The notes under the pieces were generated by a model, which made no database searches, was not told where the DNA came from, and worked only from the letters and a program-made list of their open reading frames with translations. Of a stretch of DNA of 25,277 bases, positions 16,501 through 22,922 are shown one piece after another (the first letter of the stretch is position 1; each line of letters opens with the position of its first letter). The stretch lies in the IMG/VR virus record IMGVR_UViG_3300005916_000016, positions 1 through 25,277 of that record, one strand, 5' to 3'. The translations under genes and the position numbers were made by a program. Source of the stretch: a virus (taxonomy: Duplodnaviria; Caudoviricetes).

Positions 16501-17710
16501 TGGTGCTCCTGCTTGGGCAGAAGGCAAAGTTCGCCAAGCTTACGGTATGACACCAGCGCAAGCACAGTTTGGCTCATTCGGCGATTATTACGTGAAGAGA
16601 CAGCTTGCTGGCATGATGACTATGAGCGAGATAAGCCCAGAGAATTATTCAAAGACACTACTGGATATGCAAAATGGGAAGTACGACTCTGAGTGGTACA
16701 AAATTGCTTATTCGAGAGCTTTAGAAGAGGTGAACATGAAGCAACCAGGGTATCTAGGCATGATGGCTGCAAAAGGAGGAGCTAGTTTGGCTGTTATAGG
16801 GGCTACAACTTTCGTATCTATGTTCCCACATGGCGTCATCACCCAAGGCGAACTCGAATACAGAGGACACCAGAGGCAAAACAACAGAGCGTGGGAGATT
16901 TATAATGCCACTGGAGATAAGACTGCTATGAATGAATTCTATGACGAGCACCCAGAGTATCGTTTGCGCTCTAATATTTTCATTGATGACCCGAAGTTGC
17001 AGGCTAAGAGTCTATTAATAACTAATATATGGGACTTATATACTGGCTTAGATAAAGCTAACCAAAAGATAGCTATAGAAGCATTCGGACAAGAGTTCCA
17101 GAGAGCTTTCTTTGATGACGCGACGAAGGACGAGTTCTCAGTAGAACTAGATACGCTTGCTAGATGGGCACAGATGCTGGGCTCTTCAATCCCAGAATCT
17201 ATCCCAGAAGTACAGGAAGCGTTCTTGGAAGAACCAGTACACGAACTAGATATGTGGGACGACCAACATGCCAAGGACTACGGAGATTTCATCAAGGAGA
17301 GGGAAAAGTTTTTCCCGACTTGGTACGTCCTACAATCAAAATACTATGACCTACCCGAAAACGAGAGGTATCAGTTTACAAGAGACTTCCCCCAATTCCA
17401 AGAATATCGAGACTGGAAAAAAGATTACCTGAAGAAAAAACCAGGTATCTCTTCGGTAGTAGAGTCTGGTTCTATAAACTACGGTACTAAAGATGGGCTG
17501 AAAGGGTTTTTGACGGCAGAGGAAGCGGAATCTATCCCTGCCTTGTTATCAAATAGCTTGATTGCTCACTTCACATTCGACCAACCTTTAGGGGCTGGTG
17601 CTCTAATGTTGTTAGAGGATATGTGGATAACAGCGGGTAAACCTGGAAAAGATTTCAAAAGATGGTTAAACTACGAAATCGCTCCAAATTACACGCTACT
17701 TGTAAAATAA
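10529..17710 (+). CDS. Giant (2393 aa) internal virion / DNA-ejection protein
   Basis: Mostly helical, within the virion module, with a hydrophobic segment (SILAALTTAPMAAIAVGTIAGVKIGTLMLPFIAVMAAA) and a 'LDY...LFPYQFW' region resembling C-terminal parts of large podophage injected proteins. Confidence 0.7.
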   Translation: MNDVRKHLSDDGKIRRYGGSNPTAPRVGSWTKSPRFMAAWKTQQQPKRSGGTKQKRLRDGMELAAGREPRGMVGDLRHLAGLPQDSYKRVVARAGMSDIDISGINPKAYDTYLDMIGGQYAESIVPGRMITGKKGEPINYYADPLTLDTYNTIIENSEDPDSLPPWLPKEGIQEAYKFLAYTNKGKSVEDWSIDKTSDVYNFLSNLESPPASMLFPHQYMNDLADEEYRRKYNAGGMDNLSKLQKLLMSPFYSQPWMELPKQEMTREQKNKMLGRDVGGSILAALTTAPMAAIAVGTIAGVKIGTLMLPFIAVMAAANFADRQLELDSPGLASVNAFAGNVLNALSRGSEQIYGTLELAATDEEFKEVLNGVSEYSMSEYAKSAWQASQMRWDVMRESTILDIAGGQRTDPDEIWRIEQGVPNPVKVDKSWKWGKEATNAIQDELLAGAEVDEVISHWEEEFGFQGVLSDLVMQNIVDPLNVLPMMSNRIPRAIANGKVSKVIKAMDAAGDFAKLAKAMDYADDASDINKFIDAFSKVDSAELIAKLQATPEGADFLKIYGKMDDMRLAGNIVKAADNARGNAFIDAMPFPVNMVAGSIYKLVKGESGSYGGAAAVFENLKKIYTDGYAQDAARQIVTKGGKVKNFYAPPTWSPIERWLGGIDKSGMPSWATPTILPEGSGLLKKISIYLGSQTNSSKAIKFAQNMMTHVSGMMTGLKAEDQVGILYRMGMLEVGDGAIKIEAKLNGLRKLKGEYIPLDADLGEVFGTAMQRIEIDPAVYGSQASFVFRDAIRKAISKGLIGNEFQKWIGTTDSRAKLNQMANALGIEPNKVLDYVEKGDTATLWKKFKGATAEEPIAGFDRFYAMGDGDATSSIDTLLKIFTWDAENSRKMPWNDELFHVNLLNKLSKHVGEYATNRYMLTEKSAITKLIRYTNIQRQIQGALVLGLNPRYAIYNAINNIVTRVASDNFGYMRLTDIDNYNKRMGFASWNDAIDFGDWKFEGEGMDIQKTKIKIDDINYKFEHEWMEKLARGANAVSIFKKLSNNIESAHARKSYMNGLKKYWDNTWAGAIPGMDNINLPSNVKKSIMAKVIGSLNMDEVRTGIFKGNPEEIDINIYTRRVAENMAKDTILTPEILSEIIDDSVLRALKTELAGARTEGDVARAIERVQSGNLDFIRRAMDEDFKTRGADIQARMKDSGAYTAAKEYVDMQMYHQMEHIAHFRAIDAAISSMEGMTYKQRSKVWDGIELSENKRFKVLNKWLRNSEENIFGAVAELDPGSKARYDTHLTSMSMLEEMWRRFYKKRGTIWRKTFTAEYVDVEAKNLAFDAARLEVDGLADTAYDFEMRMYDRSANALFGGGTRPPVAPDAVGESTGIKAVGGEAQPEIPIGSPESPYTYDAGTLKRFRAGVPVKPAYRIGEDVFVGVLHVDAINAAKQSGGYDQPDVGVIRRLSDGKEFGIVEDGDLGFYETSSGKFLTPEESRAKYDVASSKEFLDKYPLEDMPVDSGLPRGMTIQEVNTVQQANRWFKKVGDNGLVTSEKAWKKGTAGVLTEKLEAMGIKTKTKFAGGEEVYVEISENDWEMIKDLASESQRIADVEGVEIPYTRTDGSTMPESHIDAVKTWLEHVKNARKDMIEAVRAHRKKMIDDPPTSYGDRLARNSKFYNEDYTKLIMELHNAEIEGAMFAVSSKGRVPSQINNGSITKMEAYMNHLKPMLDGIGTEIANDIRSDDLYDGSKLTTGQANEINSWLNQVDQNMRSNKFQAVKYGEAMKDYTMLDYTHRTGWDEAYSVLFPYQFWYTHSFRNWAMRTLDNTSMFSSFYRLRDAQKQMGKIGVPSRMENKLRLPWAFLPEWAGGSTYFDPYSQFFPPSSLFSMLDVFNDDKSQLYRTAYYHLSDMAKLGEITEEQAMKARETGEGDEWDMALEWANTNTGFSDPYTLASQFMQPAMNIDIGINLLKGTPEEIPPTPILNLSREMKSMVGEDTAAGTILGAPAWAEGKVRQAYGMTPAQAQFGSFGDYYVKRQLAGMMTMSEISPENYSKTLLDMQNGKYDSEWYKIAYSRALEEVNMKQPGYLGMMAAKGGASLAVIGATTFVSMFPHGVITQGELEYRGHQRQNNRAWEIYNATGDKTAMNEFYDEHPEYRLRSNIFIDDPKLQAKSLLITNIWDLYTGLDKANQKIAIEAFGQEFQRAFFDDATKDEFSVELDTLARWAQMLGSSIPESIPEVQEAFLEEPVHELDMWDDQHAKDYGDFIKEREKFFPTWYVLQSKYYDLPENERYQFTRDFPQFQEYRDWKKDYLKKKPGISSVVESGSINYGTKDGLKGFLTAEEAESIPALLSNSLIAHFTFDQPLGAGALMLLEDMWITAGKPGKDFKRWLNYEIAPNYTLLVK

Positions 17711-17728
17711 GACAATTTGTACTATAAT
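17700..17728 (+). promoter_or_regulatory. Sigma70-type promoter for scaffold/capsid genes
   Basis: TTGTAA (17700-17705)-17 nt-TATAAT (17723-17728), overlapped by inverted repeat GACAATT/AATTGTC. Confidence 0.8.
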
Positions 17729-17752
17729 TGTCCTAATTATGGAGGTTTTGTA

Positions 17753-18514
17753 ATGACAGAAGATAATGTAAAAGCTAATTCTGGTGCAGCGGATGAGAAA
17801 ACCGTAGACCTTTCTAAGAAACTTGACGACATTTACACGCCACCTTCAGGCAAGGATGCTGAAAAGCAGACTTCTACTGAAGAGCAGGGTAAAGGTCAAG
17901 AATCTAAGGAAGACGTATCAGGAGAAGACAAAAAACAAGAAATTTTGACAGAAGCGAAGGTTTCGGAGATTGTTTCAAGAGAAGTAACAAAAGGCTTGCA
18001 ACGATTCCAGAGCATGAGCGACAAATCGGAAGCTAGGGTAAAAGAGCTGATAAAGGACAGTGAAGCTCGGACGAAGTTAACCATAGGGCGCGACTTGACC
18101 GACAAGGAAAAGACTGTGCTCGAAGGTAGCGTTCGAGAAGAGGTTCTTAACAGCCCGGAGGGAGATGTAGACGCTGAGAAGAGCGATACGTTTATCCCTT
18201 CAGATAAAGCCAAGCGTGAATTTGCTGCCAGAGTACAAGAGCTAGAGTTAGAGTATAGAACGCGGCTGTACGATGACGACGAAGAATTGAAAACAGTCAA
18301 TTTCAGTCAGCCCGACCATTTGAAAGTTTTGGAAGAAATAGAATCTGCTCTGAAAGCTAAGGCTGGAAAAGGACAATCCGATAAAGACTCCGTATCTGGC
18401 GCTAAAGGTAGATTACCTCTTTTACAGATTGGTAGTTCACCAGACGCCATGAAAAACATGACACCTGGGGATTTGCTCAGAAAAGCATTTCCAATACCAG
18501 GGCAAGACAAATAA
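17753..18514 (+). CDS. Capsid scaffolding protein
   Basis: Acidic, charged helical protein directly before the MCP; RBS GGAGG before ATG 17753. Confidence 0.75.
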   Translation: MTEDNVKANSGAADEKTVDLSKKLDDIYTPPSGKDAEKQTSTEEQGKGQESKEDVSGEDKKQEILTEAKVSEIVSREVTKGLQRFQSMSDKSEARVKELIKDSEARTKLTIGRDLTDKEKTVLEGSVREEVLNSPEGDVDAEKSDTFIPSDKAKREFAARVQELELEYRTRLYDDDEELKTVNFSQPDHLKVLEEIESALKAKAGKGQSDKDSVSGAKGRLPLLQIGSSPDAMKNMTPGDLLRKAFPIPGQDK

Positions 18515-18537
18515 AATATAATAAACGGAGATAAACT

Positions 18538-19515
18538 ATGAGTTACACACTCGCAGATTTCAGTCGCTTAGCGACTCAACCGCTTAAGAAAGCGGTTATC
18601 GACATTTTCCGACGTGAATCGTTCATGCTGGACACTCTCGCTTTTGAGACCCCAGGAACGCTGAATATCGAAATGTTGCGCACGAAATCACTACCTACGA
18701 TTACGGCACGCGAGATTGGTGAAGCTTACACAGAATCAAAAGGAATCACAGAGAACCTACAGGAGAGAGTATCCTTCCTCGGTGGTTACATCGACGTTCC
18801 CAAAGAATACATCAAAGCCAAAAACCAAGTAGTGAACCAACGAGCGTTACAGACAGAGATGTTTGTTACCTCAATGGCATACAAGTTCAACGACATGTTC
18901 ATTAACGGTAATCCTGAAACCAACCTGAAAGAAATGACTGGCATACACTATCGCCTCATAAACGATTTAGACGCTGCTCAATCTATCGACGCTGGTGGAG
19001 CGGACTTATCACATGGAACACCTGCTGATTTACTCGCAGCTCAGATAAAAATAGTTGACTTGCTTGAAGAATTAATACATACAGTAGACGGACATAAAGC
19101 AGACGTTTTGCTTATGAATTCCACGACCTACTTACGATTACTCTCAGCTCTAAGGGCTAGGGGTTACTGGGCGACGACCAAAGATTCATTTGGACGAAGC
19201 TTGCCGACATTCGGCGAAGGTGGACCAAAAATCGTAGACATCGGTGTAAAGAAAGACCAAAGCACGCTTATTATGCCTAACACCGAATTAGCTAACGGTA
19301 CAGCCATCACTGGCGCAACCTTTACCAGCATCTACGCCTTGAAACTCGGCGACCCATTCTTAAAGGGTTGGCAGTTTGACAGCGTGAACGCTGAGGACAT
19401 TGGGCTGCTAGAAAATGGCGTTTCGTACCGAAGTATCATAGATTGGGGTTGCGGTATTTATTTCTACAATCCTCGCTCTATGGCACGCATATACAATATT
19501 CAAGCTGCCGAATAA
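18538..19515 (+). CDS. Major capsid protein (HK97 fold, BPP-1-like)
   Basis: 325 aa; N-terminal pattern TLADF..L...KAVIDIF..ES..L..L.F, LGGYIDV, FING; follows the scaffold and precedes a cement-like gene. Confidence 0.9.
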   Translation: MSYTLADFSRLATQPLKKAVIDIFRRESFMLDTLAFETPGTLNIEMLRTKSLPTITAREIGEAYTESKGITENLQERVSFLGGYIDVPKEYIKAKNQVVNQRALQTEMFVTSMAYKFNDMFINGNPETNLKEMTGIHYRLINDLDAAQSIDAGGADLSHGTPADLLAAQIKIVDLLEELIHTVDGHKADVLLMNSTTYLRLLSALRARGYWATTKDSFGRSLPTFGEGGPKIVDIGVKKDQSTLIMPNTELANGTAITGATFTSIYALKLGDPFLKGWQFDSVNAEDIGLLENGVSYRSIIDWGCGIYFYNPRSMARIYNIQAAE

Positions 19516-19526
19516 GGAGGCATACA

Positions 19527-19877
19527 ATGGATGCAAATTTAAAACTATTAGCCTCTTCTACTAAGAACTCTACAGTGACTAACGCCACTGGAGTAGACTT
19601 TGGCGGCAGGGACTTACAACCGTTGACGTATCGCCTTACGGTGACTGCCTCAACTGGTGGTACAGAACTTTTGGACGTAAAAATCCAAGAATCTGATGAC
19701 AATTCAACTTGGAGAGACTTCCTCAACTTTGCACAGGTTACGGGAACTGGGATTTCATATGTTACAGGGAAATCCGATGCTCGTTACCGCAGATATTACG
19801 CTACTATTGCAGGAACAACCCCATCGTTTACGATGGCAATAGACGTAGTGCCCGCAGGCAGATACGACAAGTTCTAA
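19527..19877 (+). CDS. Capsid cement/decoration protein (Bbp16-like jelly roll)
   Basis: 116 aa beta-rich with LDVKIQESDDNSTW and RYRR motifs; RBS AAGGAGG before ATG 19527. Confidence 0.75.
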   Translation: MDANLKLLASSTKNSTVTNATGVDFGGRDLQPLTYRLTVTASTGGTELLDVKIQESDDNSTWRDFLNFAQVTGTGISYVTGKSDARYRRYYATIAGTTPSFTMAIDVVPAGRYDKF

Positions 19878-19891
19878 ACAAGTATTAGACT

Positions 19892-19926
19892 GATTAGGGG
19901 GAGCGTAACAGCTCCCCCAATCTTTA
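19892..19926 (+). terminator. Hairpin terminator after the capsid genes
   Basis: GGGGGAGC-gtaaca-GCTCCCCC 8-bp stem followed by AATCTTT (weak U tract, read-through likely). Confidence 0.75.
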
Positions 19927-19939
19927 TAACAGAGGAAAT

Positions 19940-20557
19940 ATGAAACTCAAAAGCCGATTAAAAATGAAGGGTAGACTAAAAGCGAAGCTGATAAAAGGCT
20001 ACGTGAAAGCTCCTTTCATATGGAAAATAAAAAATATACTCAGCCTCAGCTATCTGCGTAACGTGATTTCATACTACGTGATGCAGTTCTTTTCAAGGAA
20101 GACGAACGTTCTTTCAACTACTGGCAGACTGAGCGCCAAACTGAAGCATAGTGGGCAAGTGATTGACTATGGGGTAATATCTCATGGGGTAGTAACCACT
20201 GCGTTCGTAAACTTTCTGGTCGACCAGATGCAGACAGAAACTTCTGTATTTGGCGATTTCAAGTTTCACGACTCTGGCGTAGGTACGACTGCCGCTGTTG
20301 TCGGAGATACCGATATCGAAACGACTGATGGTGAATCAAGGGCGACTGGTACACAGATAGAAGGCGCAAGCGCCAATATCTACAAATCTGTAGCCACGAT
20401 TACCTACACAAGCGTAAAAGCAATCACTGAACACGGGTTGTTCAGTATTGTAACGGGTGGAACACTACTCGATAGGCATGTATTCTCTGCTATAAACGTA
20501 GAAAACACAGACCAAATCGAATTCAGTTACGAGTTTACAGTGTCAGTTGGCGGATAA
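19940..20557 (+). CDS. Virion structural protein (tail collar/fibre-attachment-like)
   Basis: Motifs GVGTTAAVVGDT, ITEHGLFS..TGGTLLDRHVFSAINV typical of beta-rich tail-associated proteins; RBS GAGG. Confidence 0.7.
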   Translation: MKLKSRLKMKGRLKAKLIKGYVKAPFIWKIKNILSLSYLRNVISYYVMQFFSRKTNVLSTTGRLSAKLKHSGQVIDYGVISHGVVTTAFVNFLVDQMQTETSVFGDFKFHDSGVGTTAAVVGDTDIETTDGESRATGTQIEGASANIYKSVATITYTSVKAITEHGLFSIVTGGTLLDRHVFSAINVENTDQIEFSYEFTVSVGG

Positions 20558-20826
20558 TGATAAAGGGTATTAAACGAACAGAAACGGGTGTTGAGGTTAG
20601 TTTTACTGACCTCCCAAAAGAGGCGCTGACTGATATAGAAATAACATCAGACTCGTCTATTGAAAAAGGTGGGCATGATGTTTATCTCTATAAGTATATT
20701 GATTTGAGTATGAAGAATCCTAAACGAGTAAAGGTTATGGTTGTTAAGAAGGGGGCGAAAGTAGAAAAGGATTGGTGGAATTATCCACCTGACATAACCG
20801 AACCTAAAGAGGTAATCCGTGGCTGA
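20557..20826 (+). CDS. Hypothetical protein, 89 aa
   Basis: TAATG coupling with the upstream gene, overlaps the downstream start. Confidence 0.65.
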   Translation: MIKGIKRTETGVEVSFTDLPKEALTDIEITSDSSIEKGGHDVYLYKYIDLSMKNPKRVKVMVVKKGAKVEKDWWNYPPDITEPKEVIRG

Positions 20827-21787
20827 GTTAATGTCTGATGATTTTGAAACCGGTGGCTTTTCTGTTGATTGGGACGAACAAGTAATAGATGGTGGTGATT
20901 TAGCAGTAACCGAAGCCGCCGCACTTCACGGCACATACGGTTTGAGTTTTGTAATTGATGACACAACGAGAATGTATACTGGTAGGTTCTCTGATTCAGA
21001 CCAGAGCGAGGTGAGTTTTCGCTTTTATATAGATATTAATTCGCTAACAATGGCTGATGGAGGCGAGTTTGTTATATTCAGCACTTATAACGAGGCGTGG
21101 GATGGCGTCCATTATTTATATATTCACCGCGAAGACCCTTATTATTATCTCGTAGTCAGAGACGCTGTAGATGGCGCATGGGATTTTGAGGAGTCATTTA
21201 TCATTACTGATGAACCCCATTGTATTGAGACTTATTGGAAGGCTTCAACAGGAGTCGGGCAAAATGATGGCATTATAAAATGTTGGTTAGATAATGTACT
21301 AGAAGTAGATGAAAGCACGGTAGATTCTGACCTAGAAGCTATCGCATATTACGCGATAGATTGTAATAATTTAGACGCAGGGACTTATGGTACTTATTAC
21401 GTTGATGATTTTGTTATTAGAAGAGACGATGACTCTAGGATAGGGTCTTGGTCAACGACGCTTTCACTTGCAGGTGTACTGACTAGCGCTGGAGCAATCA
21501 CGAAGAAGGCAAAGAAAAACCTTTCTGGTATATTGTCATTTGCTGGCGTAGTTGTAAAAAAGACATCAGTATCGTTATCTGGGGTTTTGACTTCGGCTGG
21601 CGCTATGAGCAGAAAGATATTTAAGTCGCTTGCTGGTACTATTACCAGCTCTGGCAGTATATCTAAGAAGATGTTCAAGTCGCTTGCTGGCACACTTACT
21701 AGCACAGGTAGTGTAGTAACCGACCATATACTGACTTATATCGCGAACAAAGTATACAAATACAGAGCGAAAAGGACAAAGAAATAA
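20819..21787 (+). CDS. Virion fibre/appendage protein with beta-sandwich (lectin/LamG-like) domain and C-terminal repeats
   Basis: GTG start after GAGGT; DDFETG N-terminus, 'H.IE.YW...DG.IKCWLD', 'YYVDDF'; five 18-aa repeats. Confidence 0.65.
   Translation: MAELMSDDFETGGFSVDWDEQVIDGGDLAVTEAAALHGTYGLSFVIDDTTRMYTGRFSDSDQSEVSFRFYIDINSLTMADGGEFVIFSTYNEAWDGVHYLYIHREDPYYYLVVRDAVDGAWDFEESFIITDEPHCIETYWKASTGVGQNDGIIKCWLDNVLEVDESTVDSDLEAIAYYAIDCNNLDAGTYGTYYVDDFVIRRDDDSRIGSWSTTLSLAGVLTSAGAITKKAKKNLSGILSFAGVVVKKTSVSLSGVLTSAGAMSRKIFKSLAGTITSSGSISKKMFKSLAGTLTSTGSVVTDHILTYIANKVYKYRAKRTKK
21464..21733 (+). repeat. Five 54-bp / 18-aa coding repeats (SLAG.LTS.G....K..K)
   Basis: SLAGVLTSAGAITKKAKK / NLSGILSFAGVVVKKTSV / SLSGVLTSAGAMSRKIFK / SLAGTITSSGSISKKMFK / SLAGTLTSTGSVVTDHIL. 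Confidence 0.85.
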
Positions 21788-22920
21788 TGATAACAATAAA
21801 ACAGAACACAGCTATAGACATTATAATAGGCGCTTTTCTCGATGAAACTGACGGTTATACGGCTGAGAATGGCTTAACAATAGCGTATACGGATGTCAAA
21901 CTATCGAAGAATGGTGGCGCTTTAGCTAGTAAACATGAGGGAACTGCCCCAGTAAACGACTCTTTGGGGTATTACACCTGTAGTTTGGATGTAACAGATA
22001 CAAATACCCCTGGTTTACTAAGGCTCGCGGTGCATGTGTCTGGTGCACTGCCAGTATTTGAGGATTTATACGTTCTTCAAGAGAACGAATCCGCGTCTGT
22101 TCCAGCTGACGCTACTCCTGGTAGTTCGAGAAGTCTCTCTGGTCTTGTTTTGCAAGTAGCAAAGATACTTGGCGGAGTACGAGAGGGGCTGGCTACTGCG
22201 GGCAGTACAACAACCCTTACAGACGCGAAGAGAAGATTAGAGCCAGCGGAAACATGGGATGGGGGGTTCATTATTATGCTCTCTGGTACTAATGTTGGGG
22301 AGATGAGAACTATAACTTCATACGCAGAGGGAGTATTCACGTTCGACGCGCTAACATACACTATTGCGGGAGCTGACAGATACGCAGCAGTCCCCCACTT
22401 ATTTAGCAAAGAAGATATTGTTTCTGCTATAAACACAGCTTTACTCGATTTTGGGGATTACCTACAACACGACGAAACCCTGGAAACGGATTCCGACGCG
22501 CAGATTTATACCCTGCCAGATGATGTTTTCAACGTAAGGAGGTTTGAAGTTGCTCAGTCCGATGATTCGCCTTATGATTATAAGGAGCAGTGGTATTGGG
22601 ACGAGCACAGCGGTTACATTTATTTCAAGGCTGGCAAAGAGCCCGCTACGGACGATATGAAGATAAGGCTTTGGTATATTGGAACTCACCCCGAATTAGT
22701 TGATGACGATGATGGGATTGATACAGAGATTGACGACAGATGGTTGAAGTGGGCTGCCACAGTGAATCTTTATCGGAGCTATTATTCTCAGTACGGTGAA
22801 GCTGACCCGCACAGGGTTCAACTTATGAACGAGGCAGTACAGAACGAGGCTATGGAGCGAATAAGGGTGCAAGGTAGAGTTACAAGGGATATGGCTAGGA
22901 CGCCTATGTTGAGGAGCTAA
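21787..22920 (+). CDS. Tail adaptor / head-tail joining protein with extra beta domains
   Basis: C-terminal 'FSKEDIVSAINTAL...QIYTLPDD' resembles podophage adaptor proteins; precedes the nozzle-like gene. Confidence 0.6.
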   Translation: MITIKQNTAIDIIIGAFLDETDGYTAENGLTIAYTDVKLSKNGGALASKHEGTAPVNDSLGYYTCSLDVTDTNTPGLLRLAVHVSGALPVFEDLYVLQENESASVPADATPGSSRSLSGLVLQVAKILGGVREGLATAGSTTTLTDAKRRLEPAETWDGGFIIMLSGTNVGEMRTITSYAEGVFTFDALTYTIAGADRYAAVPHLFSKEDIVSAINTALLDFGDYLQHDETLETDSDAQIYTLPDDVFNVRRFEVAQSDDSPYDYKEQWYWDEHSGYIYFKAGKEPATDDMKIRLWYIGTHPELVDDDDGIDTEIDDRWLKWAATVNLYRSYYSQYGEADPHRVQLMNEAVQNEAMERIRVQGRVTRDMARTPMLRS

Positions 22921-22922
22921 CG

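Noticed and set aside
10529-17710. Virion RNA polymerase (N4- or crAss-like)
   Set aside because: No Rx3Kx7YG motif B or DxDxD catalytic motif was found by eye; a divergent enzyme cannot be excluded without a structure search.
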